Shown in pieces: positions 9,594 through 20,604 of a DNA stretch of 64,000 nucleotides (within the stretch, counting starts at the first letter, position 1; every line of letters starts with the position of its first letter). The position numbers and the translations under genes were made by a program. The notes beneath the pieces are model-generated. The model did not search any database, was not told the DNA's origin, and saw only the letters and a list, made by a program, of their open reading frames with translations. Where the stretch lies: the NCBI GenBank assembly GCA_965207885.1, contig OZ242311.1:1792001-1856000 (forward strand). Direction: 5' to 3'. Source of the DNA: Candidatus Latescibacterota bacterium. GTDB taxonomy: Bacteria; Latescibacterota; UBA2968.

Positions 9594-9619
9594 TAGATTC
9601 AGTTTTTGGCATAAGGTTC
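9594..9619 (-). promoter_or_regulatory. ECF-type promoter, likely autoregulatory
   Basis: Minus strand GAACCT-N16-TCTA about 30 nt upstream of the sigma gene. Confidence 0.5.
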
Positions 9620-9654
9620 ACGAATTTTTCACAGCTAACATTTCTCTTCGATCA

Positions 9655-9773
9655 AGTGTTCATTTTCGGACACCACTGTATCAAAATCGGACACTTTATA
9701 AGACGCTAAATCCCGCCAATTTTCGTAACCTATTGTAATTTCAACGTTTGACTTTTTCGGCACAGTTTTTGCT
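9655..9773 (+). promoter_or_regulatory. Sigma54 promoter with tandem upstream activator sites (copy 1)
   Basis: CGGCAC-AGTTT-TTGCT with GG at 9759-60 and GC at 9771-72 (canonical spacing); upstream TGT-N10-ACA and TGT-N11-ACA; homologous to 38707-38825. Confidence 0.8.
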
Positions 9774-9828
9774 TCATAATCGTATAACCCGTTGTACTTT
9801 TACCCTGCAATAGAGAGGGAGGCCCGAT

Positions 9829-12264
9829 ATGCTCTGGAATTACCTCACCGTAGGATTCAGAAATCTGCGGCGGCACGCCTTCTATTCAATACTGAATATC
9901 CTGGGATTGGCTGTGGGTATTGCGTGCATGTTGCTGGCGGTATTGTATGTGGGTTATCAGTTTCGTTTTGACCAGCACCACGAAAAGAGCGACCGCATTT
10001 ACAGAATCATCCGAAAAATTAAGGATGTCAGCGGCGAACGCTACGATCTGGGAACAAAGCCCGTCGCTCCACATCTGCGCGGTAAATTCCCCGAAGTTGA
10101 GGCAGTGACACGGATGCTCGTCAGAGGCATGTGGGCATCTAATGAAGATCGCGGTTTCAATACGCGCGTGTGCATAACCGATGCGGAGATGTTCGATGTC
10201 TTCACGCTTCCAATGGTAGTCGGCGATCCTAAAACCGGGCTAAACGATCCCCATACCGCGTTTCTCTCTCAGACATTGGCTCACAAGCTATTCGGCGAGG
10301 AAGACCCCATAGGCAAAACTGTCAATATTCACTACAAATGGTTTAAGGGCGATTTCACAATTACCGGTATCCTGAAAAACCAACCCAAGACATCAAATAA
10401 CAAGCTACAGTTCGATTTTCTCACCACTACATATCCACAACCATCGGAACAATATCCGGAAAACCGATGGCGACAGCAGGTATGGGATGGGTGGCCCTCG
10501 AATTGGGTCATCGGACCATTGCGGACTTATGTATTGTTACGCCAGGGAGCCGATGTTGCTGAACTACAAAAAAAATTACACGCTTTTGCAGCCGACCATC
10601 AGCTTGCTGGTCCCGAACGCTATGATTTCTATCTACAACCACTCGACCGCATCCACCTGTACTCGATGCAGGATTACGGCACAGCGGAGATCAATGCCGG
10701 AGACATCACACGCTGCTATACGCTACTATTCATTGGGCTACTCGTGCTGTTGATCGCCTGCATCAATTACATCAACCTGATAACGGCACGGTCAGCCAGC
10801 CGGCTGCGCGAAGTTGGCCTGCGCAAAGTCGTGGGCGCAACACGGTTGCAATTAATGGGTCAATTTTTGGGCGAGTCCCTGATCATCGTCTTATTAGCAG
10901 GTGTACTGGCGGTATTATTTGCCTCCGATGCACTGCCCTTTTTTAATGACTTCATGGGCGTTGATCTGCATTTGGCCGACGCGGGTACAGTATTCTTCCT
11001 GGCGCTTTCATTATGCGTATTATTGGGTACGGGCCTGCTCGCCGGGAGCTACCCGGCATTTATCTTATCTGCATTCGAGCCAGTTCGCGCGTTAAAAGGC
11101 ACGCTGCGATCTCGACGCCTGAGTTTGAACCAACTGATGGTCGTGCTGCAGTTCGGCATATCCGTGGTCTTGATCATCACGACACTGGTGGTGTATAGTC
11201 AGCTCTCATTCGTGCGTACCAAAGAACTGGGATTTGAAAAGGAACACACCGTCATTCTGCCGTTCTTTTTGCGAGATCGCGGACTGAGGCCACAGGCAGA
11301 AACCATCCTCAATGAATTGCGCGCACAACCGGGTGTGTTGAAAGCATCGGCATTTCACCTGACGCCTGGACAGATTGGTCCGGACAGACGCATTCTGCAA
11401 GCCGAAGGGCACGGTGATGCGACATTCAAGCTATACTGGAACAGCATTGATGACAACTATCTCGATCTGTTTGGATTGTCCATTGCATCGGGCAGGAGCC
11501 TTGTTGGTATGCCCTTCTTTCGCCAAATCGACGAAAACAAATGGGAAACGTTCGCGCTGATCAATGAGACAGCCGCACGGGAACTCGGATGGGACGATCC
11601 CGTGGGTAAGTCTCTTTTTTCTTCTAATGGTCGGATTCAGACCCAGGTAATCGGCGTGGTTAAAGATTACCACAACCAGTCGCTGCACCACGGCATTGCC
11701 CCCATGATATTGGAAAACTCCCCCAGTTTGAGCCGAGTTGCCGTACGCCTGGCACCTGGCGATCTGAGCGTGCAACTCGCCACACTGGAAAGCGTGTGGA
11801 AGCAGTTTTTGCCAGACCGGCCTTTTGAGTATCAATTCTTCGACCAGGCACTCGATGCGTATTACCAGTCAGAAATAACGCTACAAAAAGTGTGCGGGAT
11901 TTTTGCCGCGTTGTCCATCTTTATCAGTTGTTTGGGAATGCTCGGATTGATCGCGTTTGCCACACAACAGCGCACCAAAGAAATCGGCATTCGCAAAGTC
12001 CTCGGTGCTACAGAGGGCAAGATCGTTCTATTGCTAACCCGCAATTTCCTGTGGCTAACTATCATAGCCAACGTAATCGGATGGCCAGTGGCGTACTATC
12101 TCATGTCCTCCTGGCTCAATGATTTCGCCTACCGCATCAACCTGGAGCCACTCATGTTCATTGCTACAGGGCTATTGACGCTGGGGATTGTGCTCGTCAC
12201 AGTGGGCGGACAAGCCTGGCGTGCGGCCTGCGCCAATCCGGTTGACGCGCTGCGGGATGAGTAG
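9829..12264 (+). CDS. ABC transporter permease, MacB/FtsX family (double unit)
   Basis: MLWNYL..NILGLAVG, REVGLRKVVGA, QF, LINETAA, KEIGIRKVLGA, NPVDALRDE. Confidence 0.95.
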   Translation: MLWNYLTVGFRNLRRHAFYSILNILGLAVGIACMLLAVLYVGYQFRFDQHHEKSDRIYRIIRKIKDVSGERYDLGTKPVAPHLRGKFPEVEAVTRMLVRGMWASNEDRGFNTRVCITDAEMFDVFTLPMVVGDPKTGLNDPHTAFLSQTLAHKLFGEEDPIGKTVNIHYKWFKGDFTITGILKNQPKTSNNKLQFDFLTTTYPQPSEQYPENRWRQQVWDGWPSNWVIGPLRTYVLLRQGADVAELQKKLHAFAADHQLAGPERYDFYLQPLDRIHLYSMQDYGTAEINAGDITRCYTLLFIGLLVLLIACINYINLITARSASRLREVGLRKVVGATRLQLMGQFLGESLIIVLLAGVLAVLFASDALPFFNDFMGVDLHLADAGTVFFLALSLCVLLGTGLLAGSYPAFILSAFEPVRALKGTLRSRRLSLNQLMVVLQFGISVVLIITTLVVYSQLSFVRTKELGFEKEHTVILPFFLRDRGLRPQAETILNELRAQPGVLKASAFHLTPGQIGPDRRILQAEGHGDATFKLYWNSIDDNYLDLFGLSIASGRSLVGMPFFRQIDENKWETFALINETAARELGWDDPVGKSLFSSNGRIQTQVIGVVKDYHNQSLHHGIAPMILENSPSLSRVAVRLAPGDLSVQLATLESVWKQFLPDRPFEYQFFDQALDAYYQSEITLQKVCGIFAALSIFISCLGMLGLIAFATQQRTKEIGIRKVLGATEGKIVLLLTRNFLWLTIIANVIGWPVAYYLMSSWLNDFAYRINLEPLMFIATGLLTLGIVLVTVGGQAWRAACANPVDALRDE

Positions 12265-12314
12265 CGAACGCATTTTTTTATCCACAGGCTCGACTCAAAA
12301 AAGGAGATGATAAA

Positions 12315-14159
12315 ATGTATAAAGCAATCAACATATTTGTTCTTCTTCTCGTCTTTGCACCATTGAATACCGCATTTGCCACTGAGTCAGCGGAAACGGT
12401 TTTTAATCAAGGGATCGATTATCTCTACGAAGGCGAATGGGAAAAAGCTGGCACATCATTCAAAAAAGCCATCGAAATAGATCCAAATTTTCAAAAAGCC
12501 CATGAATATTACCAGAATGTCGAGTTCTTTTTCTTTGAGAGAAAGGAAGAAATACTCACCGAATACAGAGAACGGATCAAAAAAGACCCCCAAAATGCTG
12601 TTCTATATGTTCTCTTAGCTCGTATTCTTGATCGGAATTCTGACGAAAGAATTGAACTACTGGAGCAAGCAATAGCTGTAGATTCGACCTTTACGCCCGC
12701 TTATACTCAGTTGCTCTTTGCATACCATCAAAATTATGAAAAAGCTCAAGATATTTTTTCAAAGGGATTAAAAAACCAGCCCCATTCAATCGAATTGCTT
12801 ATGGCACAAGCAGGGTTATTTGCATTTAAGGGAGAACCTGAACGCGCACAAGACCTATCTCGCGAAATCATCACTTCATATCCAGATTCAATCGATGCCT
12901 GCGGGGCTTATCGCGCACTTGCGTCTTCAGAAGAAGAAGACGAAAAAAGAATAGAATTGCTGGAAAAGACGATGACTTTAATGGAACAAACGGATTTCGC
13001 CTTTTCTGATGTGTATTCGGATTTGTATATCCTGTATGAAAAAACAAACCCTCAAAAAGCTGTAGCCCTGGCCCAAAAAGTAACACAAATTCGACCTCCT
13101 TTTTATGATCGCCGAGCACCATTATTCGCATACCAATTTCTCTATGATCACTGGATCAAAACAGATACAACCAAAGCAATAGATGTAGCAATCCAGGCTT
13201 TGAATTCCAATTCAAGAGACTTCAACATCTATTCATATTTGGGCTTTCAACTCATACAAATAGAAAGAGAGATTCCATTAGCGATCCAGTTGCTTAACAA
13301 GGCTAAAAAATTCAGTAATCCAGGCCAGTTGTGGGGACGTACTCATGGAAGTGATTACCCGCGCAGCCAAAGCGAATATTCAAAGACCTCTGAAGAGTTG
13401 GACGCGTATTATGAAAGTTTGCTTGGGCGTGCCGAATTTGTCAAAAAAGACTACACGGAAGCGATTCAGCATTTGTCATCAGCAGTTGGTAAAATGGGAG
13501 AACCCGCTTTAGATGCTGAAGGCTATTTCTGGTTGGGCAGAGCATACGAAAAGATAGAAAAATGGGATAATGCAATGGTCGCATACGCAAATAGTTTGGC
13601 AGAAAGAGAAGATAAGAATGTGCGTAAGTTTGCCGAGCGTCTGGGAAGCCAAATTACTGGGCTAAAAACATCTGTTCCTGAAAAAAAAGTCATCCATATT
13701 GATGAACTAATCGCGGAAGCACAGATCAAAAAAAGTATGCCTGCACCGGATTTCCAAGCGGAGACCCTTGAGGGTAAAAAAGTCTCTTTGTCAGACTATC
13801 AAGGCAAAGTTCTAATACTTGACTTTTGGGCTACGTGGTGTGGACCTTGTTTGGCAGAATTGCCATATTTTCAAGAGTTAGTGAACCTTTATAAGAACGA
13901 TCCATCCGTTGCTTTTCTCACAATTAGTCAGGATCGATCCAAAGATGTCGCCCGAAAATTCATTGAGCAAAAGGGTTACACATTTCCCGTTATTTTTGAT
14001 ACGGGTATCGGCCAACTTTTCGAAGTTGAAGGCATTCCCCTCTTAATAGTTATTGATAAAGAAGGAAAAATACGATACAAGCATTTTGGATTTGACCCCA
14101 ACAATGTTGACTTCGTCCGACTGATGAAAAAGGAGATACAGATCGTCCTGATGAAATAA
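12315..14159 (+). CDS. Secreted TPR-repeat protein with C-terminal TlpA/redoxin domain
   Basis: Signal peptide, TPR helices, APDF...GKVLILDFWATWCGPC...GIP. Confidence 0.9.
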   Translation: MYKAINIFVLLLVFAPLNTAFATESAETVFNQGIDYLYEGEWEKAGTSFKKAIEIDPNFQKAHEYYQNVEFFFFERKEEILTEYRERIKKDPQNAVLYVLLARILDRNSDERIELLEQAIAVDSTFTPAYTQLLFAYHQNYEKAQDIFSKGLKNQPHSIELLMAQAGLFAFKGEPERAQDLSREIITSYPDSIDACGAYRALASSEEEDEKRIELLEKTMTLMEQTDFAFSDVYSDLYILYEKTNPQKAVALAQKVTQIRPPFYDRRAPLFAYQFLYDHWIKTDTTKAIDVAIQALNSNSRDFNIYSYLGFQLIQIEREIPLAIQLLNKAKKFSNPGQLWGRTHGSDYPRSQSEYSKTSEELDAYYESLLGRAEFVKKDYTEAIQHLSSAVGKMGEPALDAEGYFWLGRAYEKIEKWDNAMVAYANSLAEREDKNVRKFAERLGSQITGLKTSVPEKKVIHIDELIAEAQIKKSMPAPDFQAETLEGKKVSLSDYQGKVLILDFWATWCGPCLAELPYFQELVNLYKNDPSVAFLTISQDRSKDVARKFIEQKGYTFPVIFDTGIGQLFEVEGIPLLIVIDKEGKIRYKHFGFDPNNVDFVRLMKKEIQIVLMK

Positions 14160-14209
14160 CCCGGTCACTTATTGATGCAATACAGAGAGTTGAGCAAGAA
14201 GGATACCCA

Positions 14210-15016
14210 ATGGAACACACATCAATACACCAGACCACTCTAAGAAACGATGCGACGTATGGACTTGGAGAAATCGCGCTTCAACATCCACCCGAAACGT
14301 CTCCTATTACCCCAGCCACTCGTATCTCAATCGAGGCAATCGGCGTACACAAACACCTGCTTCACGGCATAGGAATCGATTGGGGATGCGGCGGCGGATG
14401 TCTCACCATCGCTGCCAGTCGGATTTCTGAAGTACGCCGCGTAGTTGGATTCGACATCTCCGAAGAAGATGTGGCGACAGCCGGCGAGAACGCGCGATTG
14501 AACAGAGCCGAAGCCAAGACCAAATTCATGCGCTCTGACTCCTTCGAGCCGTTTTCCGACACGGACCGCCGCGAACTGGAAAGCCTGAAAGGAAAAGTGA
14601 ATTTTATTCTCGCCAACCCACCATCCAGCGAGAACGATGACGGATTCGGGTACAGAAGAATCGTTCTGCGCGGTGCCAGAGACTTCCTGATAAGCGGAGG
14701 TTGTGTATTCCTCAGCATCTCCTATCAGTACGGCATGCCGCGGATTACCAATTTGGAGAAAGACGTCCCGGGATTCCATCACGAAGGTGTTCTGGCGACC
14801 ACGGATTGTGTTCCATTTGATCTTGCGCGACCAGACCTGATGCACTGTTTAGAATCATACGCGCTTGAAGAAGACAGAGGTGGACTCGAATACACCTTCT
14901 GCAACCCATTACAACCATCTGAAAGCCTGGACGCTCGAGCCTCTTTGAAGCTGTTCAATCAAACGCAACACAGCCCCTTATCGAGATGGCAAACCCATCT
15001 ATTCAGATATTCCTGA
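14210..15016 (+). CDS. Class I SAM-dependent methyltransferase
   Basis: IDWGCGGG motif I, FDIS, ANPP motif. Confidence 0.85.
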   Translation: MEHTSIHQTTLRNDATYGLGEIALQHPPETSPITPATRISIEAIGVHKHLLHGIGIDWGCGGGCLTIAASRISEVRRVVGFDISEEDVATAGENARLNRAEAKTKFMRSDSFEPFSDTDRRELESLKGKVNFILANPPSSENDDGFGYRRIVLRGARDFLISGGCVFLSISYQYGMPRITNLEKDVPGFHHEGVLATTDCVPFDLARPDLMHCLESYALEEDRGGLEYTFCNPLQPSESLDARASLKLFNQTQHSPLSRWQTHLFRYS

Positions 15017-15046
15017 TTGACCTTTTGCAGAAAGGAATAAATACCA

Positions 15047-15676
15047 ATGAGCAGTAAGGACTACTTTGATCGCGTTGCCCAGGACTGGGACGAAATGCGA
15101 GAAAGTTTCTTCTCCGATGAAGTCAGGGAAGAAGCACTTTCTGCCGCTGCTGTCCAAAAAGGCAAAATTGCCGCTGATATTGGCGCGGGTACAGGCTTTA
15201 TCTCTGAAGGTTTGATACAGGCGGGCCTTCAGGTCATTGCGGTTGATCAGTCTGAAGCAATCCTGAAAGAAATGAAGAAGAAGTTTGCGGACATTGAGAC
15301 GATTGACTATCGCGTTGGACAAGCCCAAAACCTGCCCATTCCCGATGAAACCGTTGACTATGCTTTTGCCAACATGTATCTCCACCACGTTGAATCCCCG
15401 TCAGGAGCAATCGAAGAAATGGTCCGAATCCTGAAGCCCGCTGGTAAACTGGTGATCACGGATCTGGACGAACACGAATTCGACTTCTTGAGAGAAGAAC
15501 ATCACGACCGCTGGATGGGTTTCAAAAGAGCAGATATCGCAGAATGGTTTCAGAGCGCGGGACTGAGAGACATATATATTGACAGCATCGGTACGTGTTG
15601 CGAAGCGCAGTCGAGTTGTGGCAGCGAGTTTGCCAGCATCGGTATATTCATAGCTTCGGGTACGAATTCAGATTGA
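15047..15676 (+). CDS. Class I SAM-dependent methyltransferase
   Basis: YFDRVAQDWD, ADIGAGTG, NMYLHH, RILKPAG; Cys-rich tail. Confidence 0.9.
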   Translation: MSSKDYFDRVAQDWDEMRESFFSDEVREEALSAAAVQKGKIAADIGAGTGFISEGLIQAGLQVIAVDQSEAILKEMKKKFADIETIDYRVGQAQNLPIPDETVDYAFANMYLHHVESPSGAIEEMVRILKPAGKLVITDLDEHEFDFLREEHHDRWMGFKRADIAEWFQSAGLRDIYIDSIGTCCEAQSSCGSEFASIGIFIASGTNSD

Positions 15677-15698
15677 GTTCTCCAAAGGAGATATTACG

Positions 15699-18134
15699 AT
15701 GTTTCGCAATTATATCCTCATAGCAATTCGAAATTTGCTCAAATATAAGTTTTATTCCGCTATAAACATCATTGGACTCGGAATAGGTATCGCCTCTGTA
15801 ATCTTGATCATGCTCTTTATTCAGGATCAATATAGCTATGATGTTCAACATGAGAATCGAGATCGCATTTATCGTGTGATTCGAGCATATAAGTCTGAAA
15901 ATGGGGAAAAAGTATATGATTGGAGATTGTCTGGCGCGGCAGGCCCTGCACTGGTTCAAGATCTTCCCGAAGTTGAGGCAGCCGTTCGCATTATGATACG
16001 TCGTGAATGGATTCAACACGAAGATAAGATTTTTAATCAAGCCTTTTGCCTCGCCGACCCCAATTTTCTGAATATTTTCACGTTTCCTCTCATTCGCGGA
16101 GATAAAACAGCGTTATTACAACCTCACTCGGTTTTGATAACCGAATCAGCCGCAAAAAAGTTTTTTGGCGAAGAAGACCCAATTGGAAAGGTGATCAATG
16201 TAGGAGAAGGTTACGTCGAGGGGGATTATACTATTGCTGGCATCATGCGCGACGTCTTAACGCATAGCACATTGCAATTTGATTTTCTTTCATCCTCAGT
16301 TCACCCAGAATTTACCACCTGGCATGAATGGCGACCCAGCGCCAGATGGCGTGCATTTTCCATTTATGTGCTATTGAAAAAGGACATTTCTCCAGCCTCT
16401 CTCGAATCTAAATTTCCCGCATTTATTGAACGTTATATGGGGCGGGAGATTGCCGTAAACATGGAGTACTTTTTACAGCCTTTAGAGAAAGTTTATCTTT
16501 ATTCCCAACGGGATTACGATCTCAGGCATACCTTTGCATCGGAAGGAAAAATACCCCAGGGTAACATCACACAGGTCAACACGGTATTTTTTGCAGCAAT
16601 TTTTATTTTGCTTATTGCTTGTATCAACTTCACAAATTTGGCAACTGCACGGTCTGCAAACAGAGCCAGGGAGGTTGGTCTTCGAAAAGTCGTTGGTGCC
16701 AGTCGAAAAAATTTGATATGTCAGTTCATTGGAGAATCATCCTTATTGGCAGTTATCAGTTTGGTTATTGGCATTAGCATCGTAGAACTCGCACTTCCAA
16801 TATTTAATACCTATGCGGGAATCAATCTCTTTTTGAATTTCAACAGCGGTTTAATACTGGAATTTCTGGGATTGGCTCTATTGGTAAGCCTTTTAGGGGG
16901 ATTTTATCCAGCCTTTTATTTATCGCACTTTCGACCGATAGAAACGTTGAGAGGAAGGCTTGATACAGGGTCCCGAGGCAAGGTACTGCGGCAAGGCCTC
17001 ATCATATTTCAATTTGGAATCTCAATCGTCTTGATTGTTGTGACATTTATTGTACTCGAACAGGTACACTATATTCAAAATAAGAACCTTGGTTTCGCCA
17101 AAGAGCAGGTAATCGCAATGCCGATCTTCTGGGAACATCGCAAATCACCAGATGGTATAAACGATTCCCTGAATAAAAGGTATAATGTTGTAAAACAAGC
17201 ATTCTTACAACATCCGAATATTACCAGAGCCACCATATCGCGTTTTAAGCACGGAATAGATGCACCCCTTAATTCCTTCGATGCTTATCAAGGTGAACAA
17301 AACGAGCGGTGGATGCAAATAAACGAGGTCGATGAAGACTTTATTCCGTTTTTTGACATTGAATTGATTGCTGGCCGAAATTTTTCAAAAAATGCTGTAA
17401 GTAACTTTTTTACAGGAGAACAGGAATATATCCTCAATGAGGCAGCTATTAAGACACTGGGATGGACAGAGCCGATAGGTAAAAGATTCGGATTTAAAGG
17501 ACAGGATTCAGGCGTCGTTGTAGGTGTCGTAAAAAACTATCACACGCAATCTTTGTATGAATCTATTGAACCTATGGTATTATGTCCCAGTGATTATGTT
17601 GCTAAAACACTCTACCTGAGAGTCTCACCTGAACACTTCGACGAAACAGTAGCGTTTATGAAGCAGACCTGGGAACAATTTCTACCTTCTCGCCCCTTCA
17701 GCTATACTTTCCTGGATGATGATTTAATGCTGCAATATGAAAATGAACGTCAATTGAGCAAAGCTATTGGGGTGTTCTCCATGCTGTCCATCTTTATAGC
17801 TTGTCTGGGGCTTTTGGGCCTTGTTTCATTTATGACCGAACAGAGAAGAAAGGAAGTAGGGATCCGGAAGGTACTGGGTGCGTCAGAAACCAATATCATC
17901 ACGTTAATGCTTACAGAGTCTTTTAAGCTTTTTTTAATTGCCTACCTGTTGGCAGGACCCATCTCCTATATAGCTATCATGAGCTGGCTACAGGGATTCG
18001 CATATCGCATTGACATGACAGTATTTCCTTTCTTAGTAGGCGGAATATGTGCCTTTACGATATCTATATTTTCTGTGATACCCCAGGTATTGAAAGCGGC
18101 TCATATTAATCCTGTGGAGGCATTAAAACATTAA
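15699..18134 (+). CDS. ABC transporter permease, MacB/FtsX family
   Basis: Same architecture and motifs; closest to the IS-split copy at 43814 (DWRLSGAAGP vs DWRISGAVGP). Confidence 0.95.
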   Translation: MFRNYILIAIRNLLKYKFYSAINIIGLGIGIASVILIMLFIQDQYSYDVQHENRDRIYRVIRAYKSENGEKVYDWRLSGAAGPALVQDLPEVEAAVRIMIRREWIQHEDKIFNQAFCLADPNFLNIFTFPLIRGDKTALLQPHSVLITESAAKKFFGEEDPIGKVINVGEGYVEGDYTIAGIMRDVLTHSTLQFDFLSSSVHPEFTTWHEWRPSARWRAFSIYVLLKKDISPASLESKFPAFIERYMGREIAVNMEYFLQPLEKVYLYSQRDYDLRHTFASEGKIPQGNITQVNTVFFAAIFILLIACINFTNLATARSANRAREVGLRKVVGASRKNLICQFIGESSLLAVISLVIGISIVELALPIFNTYAGINLFLNFNSGLILEFLGLALLVSLLGGFYPAFYLSHFRPIETLRGRLDTGSRGKVLRQGLIIFQFGISIVLIVVTFIVLEQVHYIQNKNLGFAKEQVIAMPIFWEHRKSPDGINDSLNKRYNVVKQAFLQHPNITRATISRFKHGIDAPLNSFDAYQGEQNERWMQINEVDEDFIPFFDIELIAGRNFSKNAVSNFFTGEQEYILNEAAIKTLGWTEPIGKRFGFKGQDSGVVVGVVKNYHTQSLYESIEPMVLCPSDYVAKTLYLRVSPEHFDETVAFMKQTWEQFLPSRPFSYTFLDDDLMLQYENERQLSKAIGVFSMLSIFIACLGLLGLVSFMTEQRRKEVGIRKVLGASETNIITLMLTESFKLFLIAYLLAGPISYIAIMSWLQGFAYRIDMTVFPFLVGGICAFTISIFSVIPQVLKAAHINPVEALKH

Positions 18135-18163
18135 ATAACCAGCGATTCAGGATGGAGGTCAAA

Positions 18164-20590
18164 ATGGTTTTGAGCTATCTCCGCACATCTTTCCGCAATC
18201 TTTTTCGACATCGTCTTTACACGCTCGTCAACATCTTTGGCCTTGCCGTGGGGATGGCGGCTTGTATCCTCGTCGGTCTGTTTTTGCAGCACGAGTTCAG
18301 CTATGATGCCTATCATCGGGACATAGACCGCATTCATCGCGTAATGCGACTTGTACACCCATCAGGTGGCGGCCTTCCATACTATCCATTCGGCACTCAA
18401 TATCGGGCTGGCTCCGCACTTGTCGATGAATTGCCCGAAATTGAAGATATGACCCACTTCATCACGCGGCCCATGTGGGCTGGTCTTGAAGATCGCGGCT
18501 TCGACGTGCGCGGTACTGTGGCCGATCCCAATTTCCTGCGCTTTTTCACCTATCCCTTGATTGACGGCAGTCAGCCACCCGAATTAACACCTGGATCCGT
18601 CTATATCACAGAAAGTTTTGCACAAAAGCTCTTTGGCACCACTGCAGTTATCGGACGAACGCTCAAGATTTACTACAAATGGGTAGAAGGCGACTTTTAC
18701 ATCGGCGGTATTCTCCGAGACCAGCCAGCCGCCACATCGGGTGAGTTTGTGTTTGACCTGTTAATCACTTATGAAGGAACCACCGGACTCACAAATCCAC
18801 CATGGGGAAGGCAATGGTCTCCCACAACAAAATTCCTCGTTCTGAAAACCTTTGTTCGGCTCGCGCCTGATGTTTCCATGTCATCTCTTCGTCCCAAGCT
18901 GGATGATTTTGCACGCCGTCATCTGGGCAACGGCGCAGACCCGCGTGACACCTACGACCTTATGCCCTTGCGGCGTCAGCATTTATATGCCCGACGCGAT
19001 TTCCAATTGCAGATGGATGTGTTGGACCAGCAGGACGGTCTTGTGCAGGGGGACATCAACCGCTGCTATACTTTTGGCCTTGTAGGAGCAATCATTTTGG
19101 CGCTGGCATGTGTCAATTTCGTAAACCTATCCACAGCGCGGGGAGCGAACCGCGCCCTGGAAGTTGGTGTACGCAAGGCCGTGGGATCCACACGCGCCCA
19201 GCTTGTCGTCCAGTTTCTCGGAGAGACAATTCTCCTCGCCGGGATATCGGCTATTTTAGCACTCGCTATTGTCGAACTTGCCCTTCCTACAGTCAACAGC
19301 CTGCTAATGTCTTCTTTACAGCTAAACGTCTGGTCCGTCGTCGGTGCTGCATTGCTCGCGCTCTTTGTCGGTCTAACTGCCGGTATCTATCCAGCGGTAT
19401 TCCTATCATCTTTTGCCGCTGTTCAAGTTCTAAAGGGATCAGGACAGAAGATCGGCGGACGCTCCCAACTTCGGCGAAGTCTGGTCACTTTCCAATTTGC
19501 CATTTCGGTAGCCCTCGTCATTGGTACCCTCATTGCCTGGCAGCAAACAAACTATATTCACACACGCGACCTCGGATTTGCAAAAGAGGGCTTGATTACC
19601 ATGCCCCTGCTCAAAGAAGACCGACGCTTGCGCGAGCACTTTGAAAGCATTCGAGACCGTTTTGAGACAAGTCCCGACGTTTTGGGCTCGACTGTTTCTC
19701 AGGCTCCGCCCGGTTATGAAAATAATACTGATCGCTCGCTAATCAGACGACTGGACCATGCAGATTCCGTGAATGTCCACTTCTTGTCGGTGGATCACAA
19801 ATTTACCGAGGTCTATAACATCCCTATCCTCGAAGGCAGGCCATTGGCCCTAACTGATAAGAACCAATTCAAATTGCTCCTGAACGAAACAGCCGCTCAG
19901 GCACTGGGTGGCGCAAAACCGGGTACAGTCCTGAGCTTTGGGAGTTTTGGGAGTAAAGATTTCACTTTCACTGTCGTCGGTATTTTCAAAGACTTTCACA
20001 ACAGCAGTCTGCACAATCCCGTGCGCCCCCTGATGCTTATATATCGACCATGGTACGATTATGTCACCGTCAAAGTGCGTATGGACAACCTTCCCAAAAC
20101 ACTGGATTTTCTCGCATCAGTCTGGAAGGATTTTGTACCGGCTCATGCCTTCAAATTCCTCTTTGTCGATGATTTTTTAAACAACTTCTACCGCGGTGAG
20201 ATGCGTACCCAGAAGGCCTTCACCTATCTTTCGGGCTTGGCCATCTTTGTCGCCTGTCTGGGGCTTTTGGGCCTGATTGCCTATACCACAGAAGTTCGCA
20301 CCAAAGAAATCGGTGTTCGCAAAGTCCTTGGGGCATCATCTGGCGATATTCTGAGTCTTCTATTGAAGGAATTTGCAGTACTCATCATCATTGCAAGTTT
20401 GCTGGCATGGCCTGCCGCATATCTCTTCACCCGGTCCTATCTCGACCGCTTTGCCTACCGAATCGACCTGGATCCAGGCGTATTTCTCGCCGGAAGCCTG
20501 CTGGTACTTGTGATCGCATTTTGCACCATCAGCTTTCAGGCCATCCGCGCTGCACGCGCCAATCCGGTTGACGCGCTGCGTTATGAGTGA
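18164..20590 (+). CDS. ABC transporter permease, MacB/FtsX family
   Basis: GGAGG RBS before ATG 18164; family motifs; resembles the 9829 copy (YKWxxGDF, GDIxRCYT). Confidence 0.95.
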   Translation: MVLSYLRTSFRNLFRHRLYTLVNIFGLAVGMAACILVGLFLQHEFSYDAYHRDIDRIHRVMRLVHPSGGGLPYYPFGTQYRAGSALVDELPEIEDMTHFITRPMWAGLEDRGFDVRGTVADPNFLRFFTYPLIDGSQPPELTPGSVYITESFAQKLFGTTAVIGRTLKIYYKWVEGDFYIGGILRDQPAATSGEFVFDLLITYEGTTGLTNPPWGRQWSPTTKFLVLKTFVRLAPDVSMSSLRPKLDDFARRHLGNGADPRDTYDLMPLRRQHLYARRDFQLQMDVLDQQDGLVQGDINRCYTFGLVGAIILALACVNFVNLSTARGANRALEVGVRKAVGSTRAQLVVQFLGETILLAGISAILALAIVELALPTVNSLLMSSLQLNVWSVVGAALLALFVGLTAGIYPAVFLSSFAAVQVLKGSGQKIGGRSQLRRSLVTFQFAISVALVIGTLIAWQQTNYIHTRDLGFAKEGLITMPLLKEDRRLREHFESIRDRFETSPDVLGSTVSQAPPGYENNTDRSLIRRLDHADSVNVHFLSVDHKFTEVYNIPILEGRPLALTDKNQFKLLLNETAAQALGGAKPGTVLSFGSFGSKDFTFTVVGIFKDFHNSSLHNPVRPLMLIYRPWYDYVTVKVRMDNLPKTLDFLASVWKDFVPAHAFKFLFVDDFLNNFYRGEMRTQKAFTYLSGLAIFVACLGLLGLIAYTTEVRTKEIGVRKVLGASSGDILSLLLKEFAVLIIIASLLAWPAAYLFTRSYLDRFAYRIDLDPGVFLAGSLLVLVIAFCTISFQAIRAARANPVDALRYE

Positions 20591-20604
20591 TCGGAGATCG
20601 CTTC

